This document shows, one piece after another, positions 30,712 to 39,972 of a DNA stretch of 64,000 nt. This stretch comes from a virus. Lineage: Duplodnaviria; Heunggongvirae; Uroviricota; Caudoviricetes. The notes beneath the pieces are model-generated. The model was not told the DNA's origin and did not search any database. It saw only the letters and a program-made list of their open reading frames with translations. The translations under genes were made by a program, and so were the position numbers. Every line of letters begins with the position of its first letter. Within the stretch, counting starts at the first letter, position 1. The stretch lies in IMG/VR virus record IMGVR_UViG_3300029705_000029; one strand, given 5' to 3'.

Positions 30712-31824
30712 ATGAATAAGTTAATGAGATTTGATGCTCACGTTCGTGAGATTTTTGAAAACGAAGAAGCTAAGCTAGTTGCTTTTAATAAGCTAATGAC
30801 TGATGTTGCTAACGGTAATGAACTAGAGGGTGGTCTAACTGCCAGAGAAGCTAATGACAAGATTGTTTCTATGTTTAACAAGGTTCTTGGTATTAACGAG
30901 AATTCTAGTAAGGCAGATATCCGCAAGGCTATCCGTAGAAATCAGCAGGTTCTATTTGATCTAATTGAGGAAGTTGTTCCAAATCTACTTCGCACTGGTT
31001 GGCAGGATAATCCCTTCTTCAACGAGTATGTTGAGACTAGAAATCTAGACATTGGTGACAAGGCAATGTTCTATACCGAGGACGAAACTCTACTAACTGT
31101 TTCCAAGGTTTCTGGTAACCATTGGGACATTGACAGACAGAGACTCGGCAGAGGCTCTAGCTTCACTGTTGAGACTTCCTGGTATGGCATTGGCGTTTAC
31201 AGTGAGTATGAGAGACTACTAACTGGCGCTGAGGACTTCGCCACTTTCGTGACCAAGCTATATGAAGCTATTGACAGATTTGTTAATGAGTCTATTTATC
31301 AGGCAATGATTACTGCAGCAGAGCAGCTACCTGGCGGCGCTACTGGTTCTGGCCAGTGGGTCAAGACTGGTGATCTAAATGAGACCACCAAGGAAGTGTT
31401 TATGCAGCTAGTTGAAGATATCCAAATGGCTACTGGTATGGATGTTGTCATTATGGGCACCAAGACCGCTCTAAGCAAGCTAGAGGGCATGCAGGATATC
31501 GATTGGGTTTCTGAGGACATGAGAGTTCAGAGAAACACAACTGGTAGAATTGGCTACTTCGAGGGCATTAGACTAGTTGAGCTCAAGCAGGGCTTCCGTC
31601 TAAATGATACCACTAATAGACTAGTTGACGACAAGCAGCTTCTAATTATGCCTGTTGGCGACAACAAGTTCATTAAGGTTATCAACGAAGGCAATCCTGA
31701 AATGAGACAGGTCAATGATAACACCGCAAATCAGGACATGACCTACGATTATCGTTACATGTTCAAGATGGGCGTTGGTGTCCAGATTGGTCTACTATTC
31801 GGTGTTTGGAACATTGCGGTTTAA
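30712..31824 (+). CDS. major capsid protein
   Basis: 370 aa, position, strong codon bias, GRIGYFEGIRLVEL motif. Confidence 0.8.
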   Translation: MNKLMRFDAHVREIFENEEAKLVAFNKLMTDVANGNELEGGLTAREANDKIVSMFNKVLGINENSSKADIRKAIRRNQQVLFDLIEEVVPNLLRTGWQDNPFFNEYVETRNLDIGDKAMFYTEDETLLTVSKVSGNHWDIDRQRLGRGSSFTVETSWYGIGVYSEYERLLTGAEDFATFVTKLYEAIDRFVNESIYQAMITAAEQLPGGATGSGQWVKTGDLNETTKEVFMQLVEDIQMATGMDVVIMGTKTALSKLEGMQDIDWVSEDMRVQRNTTGRIGYFEGIRLVELKQGFRLNDTTNRLVDDKQLLIMPVGDNKFIKVINEGNPEMRQVNDNTANQDMTYDYRYMFKMGVGVQIGLLFGVWNIAV

Positions 31825-31869
31825 TCTTACAACACAAGATTAATATAGGAATAAAAGGAGAAATTTAAT

Positions 31870-32430
31870 ATGGCGAACAAGAAAGAAACTATTTCCGAGG
31901 AAATTGAAACTATGGCTGATGTTGAAATGGATGATGAAGTGAAGCCAGCAACAAAGAAGCCCATTGCTAAAAGCTCTCGTAAGTATGCTCCAGATGATAT
32001 GATCACTTGCCGAAGCATTACTTACGGAGAGCTTTTGCTCGCAGGTAAGAAATCTAAATTGCTATACAGTTGGGCGAACTACGGCGATACAACTGATGTT
32101 GAATTCCAGGATCTTCAGGCGCTAAAGTCTACAAGATCCACTTATCTATTTAAGCCTAGGATTGTTATTGAAGATGAAGAGCTTGTTGAGCAGTGGGATA
32201 AGGATTTTGGCGAGATGTATAAGAGTATTGTAGATGTTGATGTTGAAGATATGTTTAAGCTCCCACTGAATCAGTTTAAGTCTAGGCTAAAGAAGGCACC
32301 AAAGGGTGTGCAGCAGGCAGTTAAGAATATTGCTGGAGAGAAGATTCTTAATGGATCTTTAGATAGTTTGGCCAAGGTCAAAGCAATTGATGATATCCTC
32401 GGAACTGATCTTAAACTTTACATCAAGTAA
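31870..32430 (+). CDS. virion morphogenesis protein (YonA-like)
   Basis: Position after MCP; LDSLAKVKAIDDILG C-terminus. Confidence 0.55.
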   Translation: MANKKETISEEIETMADVEMDDEVKPATKKPIAKSSRKYAPDDMITCRSITYGELLLAGKKSKLLYSWANYGDTTDVEFQDLQALKSTRSTYLFKPRIVIEDEELVEQWDKDFGEMYKSIVDVDVEDMFKLPLNQFKSRLKKAPKGVQQAVKNIAGEKILNGSLDSLAKVKAIDDILGTDLKLYIK

Positions 32431-32447
32431 TTTGGAGGTGACCTTAG

Positions 32448-32870
32448 GTGGCTACTCCATATGAAAAGGTGTATGGTCGTTTTTTAAATCGTACTACAGA
32501 TTTTAATTTGGTAGATTTAGATGATTATACATTAAATGAAATGCTTAAAGGTTGGCTAAGTAGTGCAATTGTAAATGTACGAACTTCTAGTGATCTTTCT
32601 GCGCGTGATGACGAAAATGAAGCATTTGATAATGATTTGACTGACAGAGATATTGAGTTACTTGCCATGGGTATGACTATGGCATGGATTGATCAATATT
32701 TAAACTCTACCGAGAATGTACTTCAGTTTATTGGAGGAAAGGAAGAGAAGTACTATAGTCAAGCAAACCATATTGCTGAACTTCGTGCGTTACGTGAAGA
32801 TACGAGATTAGAAATGAAACGTCTTCACAGTTATGGTACTTATACCAATAATGCTTATTTTGATGATTAA
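32448..32870 (+). CDS. head-tail adaptor
   Basis: MATPYEKVYGRFL...FDNDLTDRDIELLA...YSQANHI; position. Confidence 0.6.
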   Translation: MATPYEKVYGRFLNRTTDFNLVDLDDYTLNEMLKGWLSSAIVNVRTSSDLSARDDENEAFDNDLTDRDIELLAMGMTMAWIDQYLNSTENVLQFIGGKEEKYYSQANHIAELRALREDTRLEMKRLHSYGTYTNNAYFDD

Positions 32871-32883
32871 GGAGGTGCTTTGA

Positions 32884-33189
32884 ATGAACATTTACACAGA
32901 AGCGCCTCCAAATCAGATAGCGGCAGAGAAAGCCTACTTTGTCTCTGCCATATTTAAGCTGCTGCCATACAAGCAAGATAACTACGAATATCTTGATAAT
33001 TATTTTGAATCAGTGCTACAACGGCTAATCGGATTCAATAAAATTTCTGGTTTTCAGCCAGAAGTAATTACTATTATGAGCCTTCTTGAATATGCACGAG
33101 AAGAAGATAATTATCAAAAATATCGTAAAGCAATTCTTGACGCTTGTGGATTGGTAGAGTTTATTAAGGAGAGTGACGCTCATGCTTGA
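32884..33189 (+). CDS. hypothetical structural-module protein
   Basis: IFKLLPYK motif; RBS. Confidence 0.55.
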   Translation: MNIYTEAPPNQIAAEKAYFVSAIFKLLPYKQDNYEYLDNYFESVLQRLIGFNKISGFQPEVITIMSLLEYAREEDNYQKYRKAILDACGLVEFIKESDAHA

Positions 33190-34264
33190 AAGTTATAAAC
33201 TTCGTATGGCCGCATTTGGGTCACATGATGGTGAAGCTAGGCGTAAAAACTCTCAAAAAATTATGGATGCATCATGGATGCGTGATCCAGCCACTAAGCT
33301 TGTTTATGTTAAATGGGTTAATAGTGGCTTACCTGTTGTTGATGATGACGATATTCCAGTTTACGCTAAATTTAACGTAAAGTCGTATCACAACATAACA
33401 GGCGATGAAATTGCTTATTTATTGCAGTTTAGGCTGGAAGATATGAGGCAAAGACCTGATATTAAAGTTGGCTCTTATGTGCAGATTAGAAATGAGATGG
33501 ACGAACCTGAGTGGTGGCTGATTGTTCATTATGATGACAGAACACAGTTTAGGCAATATTCAATATTAAAGTGTTTATGGACCTATAAGTGGGTAAGTCA
33601 TAAAGATGGCAAAAGAGTTATTCATCAGTGTCTTGGTGCGCCAAGAAAACAAAATTCATATAATAGTGGCGAATGGTTGGATTATACTTTTCAGATTGTA
33701 GAAAACCAACATGTTGCTATGATGCCGTCTAATGATGACGCAAATACTATTGGATATGAAACTAAATTTTTAATCTCAAATGAGGGTAGATATCCTCCGC
33801 TCGCATGGAATGTATCTAAAGTTCAGCCGTCATTAAATGGTGCTGTTACAAACTTCACTATGACGCAAGAACAATTTAATCCAGCTAAAGATAATGCTGA
33901 ATTAATGATTGCTGGCTATTGGGACAATGCAGTGGAGCCAGAAGTTCTAGAATCTGAAGAAATTCCAACATTTAGCGATCTTGAAATTGTGTATTCTAGT
34001 AAACCCGCAGTCCGCGCTGGTGGAGGCTATAAGAAGTTTACACTTAAGGCGCGTGTTGATGGTAAACTTGTTGATTGCACAGACGAGGTTAAATGGGGTT
34101 TTGATTTTGGTAAATATCAAGATAAACTTGAGTGCGTGCCAAAAAATGATACATTTAAAGTTAAATGTGAAAATGATTATTCGTTAATTGGCAAAACGTT
34201 TACAATTACTGCAACAAGCAAGCATAGTTCAACATCTATCATAGTGGAGGTGATTTCATTATGA
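33182..34264 (+). CDS. head closure/neck protein with Ig-like C-terminus
   Basis: Position; beta-rich C-terminal domain. Confidence 0.5.
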   Translation: MLESYKLRMAAFGSHDGEARRKNSQKIMDASWMRDPATKLVYVKWVNSGLPVVDDDDIPVYAKFNVKSYHNITGDEIAYLLQFRLEDMRQRPDIKVGSYVQIRNEMDEPEWWLIVHYDDRTQFRQYSILKCLWTYKWVSHKDGKRVIHQCLGAPRKQNSYNSGEWLDYTFQIVENQHVAMMPSNDDANTIGYETKFLISNEGRYPPLAWNVSKVQPSLNGAVTNFTMTQEQFNPAKDNAELMIAGYWDNAVEPEVLESEEIPTFSDLEIVYSSKPAVRAGGGYKKFTLKARVDGKLVDCTDEVKWGFDFGKYQDKLECVPKNDTFKVKCENDYSLIGKTFTITATSKHSSTSIIVEVISL

Positions 34265-34782
34265 TAAGAAATATTCAGACCGTTAATGACGATATTATTG
34301 AAATGAAACGATTGATAAAACAAAAGTTAATAGCCGACACGGACATTCTTGAAGCGTTACATGATCCTAAGATTGACATGGATAGTCCAGATGAATTTTT
34401 GGACACTCATATTTACGGGTTTATTAGAATACCGCAAACACAAGATACTGTTCGAAATTTTATTTGTTTTACAGTTGATGACATTGAGGAACATCGTTTT
34501 AATGATGCTATGAAGATCCAATACATTCAGTTTAATTGCATATGTCACTTAGAAGATATGAAGACAGAGTATGGAATCGACAGACATGACTTATTAGGTT
34601 TCTTGGTTAGAGATATATTCAACTGGACCAATATATTTGGGTTACAGTTTAAATTAATTTATAACAAAGAGAGCACTATAGACTCAGACTATTATTGCAG
34701 AACATTGAAGTTTGAAGCCGTAAAACCAAACATGTTAAATAAAGCAAGGATGGACAACTTATATGATAAGTATGGACGTTGA
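34261..34782 (+). CDS. tail terminator-like protein
   Basis: Position before the tail tube gene; RHDLLG motif. Confidence 0.5.
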   Translation: MIRNIQTVNDDIIEMKRLIKQKLIADTDILEALHDPKIDMDSPDEFLDTHIYGFIRIPQTQDTVRNFICFTVDDIEEHRFNDAMKIQYIQFNCICHLEDMKTEYGIDRHDLLGFLVRDIFNWTNIFGLQFKLIYNKESTIDSDYYCRTLKFEAVKPNMLNKARMDNLYDKYGR

Positions 34783-35491
34783 TGATTTGAAACTTTATAT
34801 TGGCGATGATTTTATTATTAATGATAATATTAAAGTTTTACAGCCGACAATAAAGAAAATTGCTGAATTTGGTGAGCGCGACTTCTTTTCTGTGGTTCAT
34901 ACAATAACAGCCATACCTAGCGACATGAAGTCTCAGCTTTGGGATATGGGGCTGGATTGGGTTGAAGTTGATGATTTTGAACTTTTTATGATGCTTGCGC
35001 AGACATTGACACCTGAGAGAACTGCACTTTTATTTGGAGATTTGGATTTTTCTAAGTTAAGACCATTTAGAAATAATCAAAATGGAGATATTGTTTTAGC
35101 TGATAGAGAAACTGGAACTATTATCGATAAAATGATATATCTCAGAATTGTAGGCTATCTTCGTAAGGCATTTAATATTACGCCGAAAATTGAAAAGGCA
35201 GCTAATAAAATGACCAGAAAAATATTAATTGAAGAAGATAGAAAAAAAATTGAATTTAACAAAGACAAGCCTTTTAAGTCTTTTTTGTTGCCGTTGATTT
35301 CATCTGTAAAAGTTAGGCAAGGTTATACTAAAGATTATGTGCTCAATATGGGGTATGTGGAATTTATGAATGACGTTGCTAGGTTGCAGGTGATTCATAA
35401 CGCAGATCATTTGTTGAGTGCGTGTTATGCTGGCACTATAGATATGAAGAAGATTAACAAGGCTGAACTAAACTGGATGAAGGAGCTGTAA
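34763..35491 (+). CDS. tail-module protein (YomV-like)
   Basis: IKVLQPTIKKIAEFGERDFF; position. Confidence 0.5.
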   Translation: MISMDVDDLKLYIGDDFIINDNIKVLQPTIKKIAEFGERDFFSVVHTITAIPSDMKSQLWDMGLDWVEVDDFELFMMLAQTLTPERTALLFGDLDFSKLRPFRNNQNGDIVLADRETGTIIDKMIYLRIVGYLRKAFNITPKIEKAANKMTRKILIEEDRKKIEFNKDKPFKSFLLPLISSVKVRQGYTKDYVLNMGYVEFMNDVARLQVIHNADHLLSACYAGTIDMKKINKAELNWMKEL

Positions 35492-35538
35492 TGGCTCTTT
35501 TATTATATTTAAAATTTATTTTATGGAGGTAATTGATT

Positions 35539-36705
35539 ATGGCTTTCGATATTAATAATTTCGTTATTGATAGAATCGTCCGTGGTGTTGCTCTTTCTCA
35601 GAAGGATGATTCCGTACTATTCTCTATTAACCAGATCCAGAACGCTTCCCTAAACTGCGCTTCTGAGTCTACTGACGCTGTTGACGCTCTAGGTACTCCT
35701 ATTGCTACCTTCTATCGCGCCAAGACTGCCGAATTCTCTGCTGAGAACGCCCTGTTCGACATGAACCTAATGGCCACCCAGCTTGGTACCGAGAAGACTG
35801 TTGCTTCCGCATCTTCCAAGGTGACTGTTCCTGCTATGGAGAGCTTCACTGTTGTTGATGGTGGCAAGTATACTCTAAAGCATGCTCCTAAGGCTGCTCC
35901 TACTGAGATTTATGCTATCAATGGCGACAGCACCTTTGGCGTGAAGTACACCAAGGCAACTGCGGCTTCCGATGTTGCTTTTGCTTATACTGATGCTGAT
36001 TATACTCTAACTCTACCCACTGGCGTTGCAGTTGGTACTGAGATGTTTGTTATGTATGAGTATGAGACTGAGAATGCTGTTGAAGTTGTTAACTCTGCTA
36101 AGAACTTCCCTGTTGGCTGCAAGTTCATCATGGAAGTGCTAGGTTGTGACGTATGCGACCAAACTAACCTTTAAGACTACGAATTAAATTTTCGTCTTAC
36201 TTAGAGCGCAATAATTGGAAACATTATTGTGTATGTTCTTGAATTGCTGGAAACTCCTTAGAGTCTTATTGCTACAACATAAGGATGAAATACGCCTAAG
36301 TGTGAACGCTTGAAAAATATAAGAATTGGAAAATCAGCAGCCAAGCTCCGAACAGGAGAAGGTTCGACGGTCATTCGCTGAAATGCGATTAGGAGCAAGC
36401 GCTCCGAAGTGGGAACCACCTAAGTTTATATATAAATATGGTGAATGATATGACCTTGACTTGTATGAGAATACAAGAAATACTATTTATATTGAATGAA
36501 TAGTTCTTTGTTATTGTAGCGAAATAATGAAGTAAAATAATCGATCTATGCATACGTAATTTTCAACAACTTCAAACTAAGCCCAGACTTCGACTGGAGC
36601 ATCGCCACTGACGGTGCACATCCCTTCTCTGGTCGTGCACAGCAGGATTATTGCGATAAAGAGAAGAGACTATTCTCCATCGTTATCCCTGGCGATGAGG
36701 AATAA
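35539..36705 (+). CDS. major tail tube protein, two exons (35539-36171 and 36544-36705; 264 aa spliced)
   Basis: Exon 1 ends ...DQTNL at CTT; exon 2 resumes in frame IYAYVIFNNFKLSPDFDWSIA...GDEE*; strong codon bias. Confidence 0.75.
36172..36543 (+). ncRNA. group I self-splicing intron, ORF-less, IA2-like, 372 nt
   Basis: U36171.G36204 wobble in P1; P AATTGCTGGAAA 36242; Q AATCAGCAGCC 36332; P7 GGTCA 36369/TGACC 36451; P7.1/P7.2 hairpins; P9 CTTGTAT-GAGA-ATACAAG; terminal G 36543. Confidence 0.9.
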
Positions 36706-36720
36706 TTTGAATTATAACAC

Positions 36721-36749
36721 TTGACAATACAAAATTAATGTGTTATAAT
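36721..36749 (+). promoter_or_regulatory. consensus sigma-A promoter for the HNH gene
   Basis: TTGACA-17 bp-TATAAT with TG extension. Confidence 0.85.
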
Positions 36750-36863
36750 GTATACAAGATAGAGGAAAACTGATCATTTTTCTTGATAAGAGGTGGGGCC
36801 TCTCACCCACCTCTTCTTGTATTATTTAATAATGAGAGAGTGTTAACTAGAGAGGTAGTAATT

Positions 36864-37931
36864 ATGAGGTTTACAAAATCATTTTATGATTGGTGCGTTG
36901 AAAACAGTCGAATAGATTTAAATGATAGATTTGACGAAGAAAAGAATGGTTGTGCGTCAAAAGACATTTCTTGTAAGAGCAATAAAAAGATGTGGTTCAA
37001 ATGTCCTCGCGATTTACATGAAAGTGAGCAGCATTATATGTATGCTGTTACTTTGGATAAAAAAGCAAAAATAATTTGCAGTAAGTGTAATAGTATTGCT
37101 CAAGTGGTAATTGATAAATTTGGGGAACAATACTTGCGAAATCATTGGCATAAGTCTAATATAATGAACCCATGGGATATTGCTAATGGTCATTCAAGAT
37201 TAAAGATTCTTATTCAATGCACAAACAAAGACTATCATGTTTATGAGCAAACGCCTCAATCGTTTGGCAGGGGAATTGGATGTCCATATTGTAATGGAAA
37301 AAAAGTACATCCAAATGATAGTTTGGCAGTGTTATATCCAGATATTGTAAATAGATGGTCAGATAAAAATGACAAAAGTCCATACGAGTATACTGTACAG
37401 TCAAACAAAAAAGTTTGGTTAAAGTGTCCAGAAGGAAAGCATGATGATTACTTGCAAGCACTCAATGCAGCGTATAAATATCAATATGGATGTTATGAGT
37501 GTTACAAAGATGCGCTTAGTGAAAACAAAAAAGGTGAAAATAATTATTTTTGGAAAGGCGGCATCAATGGCGAGAATGATACTCTAAGACACCGTCGAGA
37601 ATATAAAGAATGGCGCACATCTGTTTATGAACGTGATGATTACACATGTCAATGTTGCGGTATTCGTGGTGGCAAATTAAACGCACACCATATTAATCAA
37701 TTTTCTGACCATCCAGAGTTAAGATATAATGCTAATAATGGAATCACTTTATGTGTCAAATGCCACGATTCTTCTGAGAGTGGTTCGTTCCATAACATTT
37801 ATGGAACGCACAACACAACTTCTTCTCAGCTTAGAGAATATATTATTAACAAATCTGGAAAAGATATTTTTCAAACTAACCCCAATTTACTATATGATTT
37901 CAACAACACAAAATTAACGTGCGCTTCATAG
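36864..37931 (+). CDS. free-standing HNH homing endonuclease with treble-clef Zn-ribbon repeats
   Basis: SNKKMWFKCP, GIGCPYC, SNKKVWLKCPEG repeats; ERDDYTCQCCG...NAHHI...NNGITLCVKCH HNH domain. Confidence 0.85.
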   Translation: MRFTKSFYDWCVENSRIDLNDRFDEEKNGCASKDISCKSNKKMWFKCPRDLHESEQHYMYAVTLDKKAKIICSKCNSIAQVVIDKFGEQYLRNHWHKSNIMNPWDIANGHSRLKILIQCTNKDYHVYEQTPQSFGRGIGCPYCNGKKVHPNDSLAVLYPDIVNRWSDKNDKSPYEYTVQSNKKVWLKCPEGKHDDYLQALNAAYKYQYGCYECYKDALSENKKGENNYFWKGGINGENDTLRHRREYKEWRTSVYERDDYTCQCCGIRGGKLNAHHINQFSDHPELRYNANNGITLCVKCHDSSESGSFHNIYGTHNTTSSQLREYIINKSGKDIFQTNPNLLYDFNNTKLTCAS

Positions 37932-37946
37932 CGCACTTTTATTTTA
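37919..37946 (+). terminator. intrinsic terminator
   Basis: GTGCGCT-TCAT-AGCGCAC TTTT. Confidence 0.6.
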
Positions 37947-37967
37947 CTGAAAGGAGCGTGAGCCAAA

Positions 37968-38306
37968 ATGGCAAGGCGTGATAGAAAATGCTATCTATGT
38001 AGCACTTCATATAAATATTGTCCCACATGCAGTGATGATAAAAATAAACCCTCCTGGATGGCCGAATTCCACAGCGAAAACTGCAAAAACATTTTTCAAA
38101 TTTGCACAAACTTTAACCTAAATCTTCAGTCCAAATCTGAGGCCAAAGCTGCGCTAGAGCAGTGTGACCTCTCCAATAAAGCAAATTTCAAGTCTTTTGT
38201 ACAGACTGACCTAGAAAATATTTTTAAAGAAGAACCCAAGGCCAAGCGTTTTAAGCGCGAGGAGCCAGAAGTAATACATGAAGTAGTTGATCAAGAAAAT
38301 GAATAA
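37968..38306 (+). CDS. Zn-finger hypothetical protein
   Basis: CYLC...YCPTC...HSENC. Confidence 0.65.
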   Translation: MARRDRKCYLCSTSYKYCPTCSDDKNKPSWMAEFHSENCKNIFQICTNFNLNLQSKSEAKAALEQCDLSNKANFKSFVQTDLENIFKEEPKAKRFKREEPEVIHEVVDQENE

Positions 38307-38354
38307 GGCACTATAACTTCATGTTCAACGCGAGGTTTTGGTGCCTTATTTTTT
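38302..38354 (+). terminator. intrinsic terminator
   Basis: AATAAGGCAC...GTGCCTTATT TTTT. Confidence 0.55.
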
Positions 38355-38377
38355 ATGCAAAAAAGGAGAAACGAAAC

Positions 38378-38605
38378 ATGATGACTTTTTCTAAGCTATT
38401 TAACCGTTATTATGACGCAGAAAACGTAGTTTTTATAACAAACATGTTGCAGTGCCAGAAATATCTCAACAACGGCGCAACAGCAGATCTTGTAGATATT
38501 TTATACAGCGGCACAAAGCACAAAGACACATTAGTCTTCGTATTCCAAAAAACCCCTCTTGTCAAAGAGCTCTATCGCAAATGGCAAGCGCATGAGCTAA
38601 ATTAA
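38378..38605 (+). CDS. DUF5659-like small protein
   Basis: QCQKYLNNGA...LVFVFQK...ELYRKW. Confidence 0.55.
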   Translation: MMTFSKLFNRYYDAENVVFITNMLQCQKYLNNGATADLVDILYSGTKHKDTLVFVFQKTPLVKELYRKWQAHELN

Positions 38606-38612
38606 AAGTGAG

Positions 38613-38858
38613 GTGTTTCTTGTGGAACGCACAGTTAACGACATTCTAAATGATATTATAGAACCAATTGTAGGAGACACGCCAGTGTCAGTTCAACTAG
38701 CAACTGCGCTCAACGGTATGGCCAGCAAAGAAGATGTGGACGCTTTAAGGTCAGACCTTAAAGCGCTCTGTAAAGAAGTTGAAAAATTAACTGAGCTAGT
38801 TGGTGACATTTCTGTGTCAGAACAAATAAATATGGCAATTAACAAGTCTGAAAATTGA
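38613..38858 (+). CDS. short coiled-coil fibre-like protein
   Basis: Two VGDxxVSxQ motifs shared with fibre proteins. Confidence 0.5.
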   Translation: MFLVERTVNDILNDIIEPIVGDTPVSVQLATALNGMASKEDVDALRSDLKALCKEVEKLTELVGDISVSEQINMAINKSEN

Positions 38859-38908
38859 TGGCTTGTTTTTTTGAATTTGAAAATTGATAATTCAAAGGAG
38901 GACTTAAC

Positions 38909-39607
38909 ATGTCCGAAAAAATTTTTAATTCGAGAATTATTCATAAACATGATATTGAGGCGCATTGGCTGCTTGCGGTAAATTTCGTTCCCAAGCAGGG
39001 CGAAATCATTGTTTATGATATAGATTCTGCACATAATTATGAAAGAGTAAAAATTGGTGACGGCAAAACCAATGTAAACGCGTTGCCATTTTATGCTGGT
39101 AGCTGGAATGATCTATCTGATAGACCGTTTGGAGATTATGCAGATGGAGTTCATCAGCTCGACGCAAAATACATCCCATCAACAATCGCACGCTTAACCG
39201 ATATACCAAGCACCGACACAACCTTATCAGTTGCAGGCGCTCCCGCAGATGCCAAAACTATTGGTGACACAATTAGTTCGCTAGGAACTATCGTCGGTGC
39301 CGTTAATGGCAGAGTAGACGAAGTAAACACGCTTATTGGTGATACTTCGGTTAGCGACCAAATTAGCTCTGCGCTTGATAAAGCCACCGCAGATGACTTT
39401 GGTGTATACGTTCAAGACACTGAGCCAACTGATGCGGTTGCAGGTGACATTTGGGTTGATACCGCAAACGACCCTGCTTTTATTGAACCAAATCTACCAG
39501 AAGTCACCGCATCCGATAATGGCAAGGTGCTCATGGTAGTGAATGGAAAATGGCAGGCTGTAAATCTCAATCTATCCATCGACGCTAATGGCGTTGTGTA
39601 TATGTAA
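38909..39607 (+). CDS. fibre protein with Mtd/hyaluronidase-type N-terminal domain
   Basis: RIIHKHD...W...PKQGEI...KIGDGKT..NALPF. Confidence 0.7.
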   Translation: MSEKIFNSRIIHKHDIEAHWLLAVNFVPKQGEIIVYDIDSAHNYERVKIGDGKTNVNALPFYAGSWNDLSDRPFGDYADGVHQLDAKYIPSTIARLTDIPSTDTTLSVAGAPADAKTIGDTISSLGTIVGAVNGRVDEVNTLIGDTSVSDQISSALDKATADDFGVYVQDTEPTDAVAGDIWVDTANDPAFIEPNLPEVTASDNGKVLMVVNGKWQAVNLNLSIDANGVVYM

Positions 39608-39621
39608 GGAGGTGGGTTGAT

Positions 39622-39972
39622 ATGCCAGTATTAAAGATTAAAAAAACTGATGGAACTTGGCAAGAAGTTTGGGGCGCAATTGCTAACACTTCTGCGGCCA
39701 GCGCACCAAAGCTCACTAGTGTAAAGATGTTGGCTAGTGCATGGGCTGGAACGAGCCAGCCTTATTCTCAAGTTGTTGCATGCAGCGGCGTAAACGCAAA
39801 CAGTAAGCTTGACTTGCAGCCCACACCTGCGCAGATTGTTGCGCTACAGGATGCGGAAATTTCATTGATGTTAACCAACAACAATGGGGTTGTGACTGCA
39901 TGGTCTATTGGCAATAAACCTACTTCTGATTATACAATGGATGTGTTAATCACGGAGGTGGTTAATGTATGA
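39622..39972 (+). CDS. fibre-associated adaptor (paralog of 41274-41585)
   Basis: LASAW...PYSQVV...DLQP...KPTSDYT...ITEV. Confidence 0.55.
   Translation: MPVLKIKKTDGTWQEVWGAIANTSAASAPKLTSVKMLASAWAGTSQPYSQVVACSGVNANSKLDLQPTPAQIVALQDAEISLMLTNNNGVVTAWSIGNKPTSDYTMDVLITEVVNV

Noticed and set aside
35533..36174. Tail gene as a complete 213-aa ORF or a pseudogene
   Set aside because: The stop is the first three bases of a group I intron and an in-frame second exon follows
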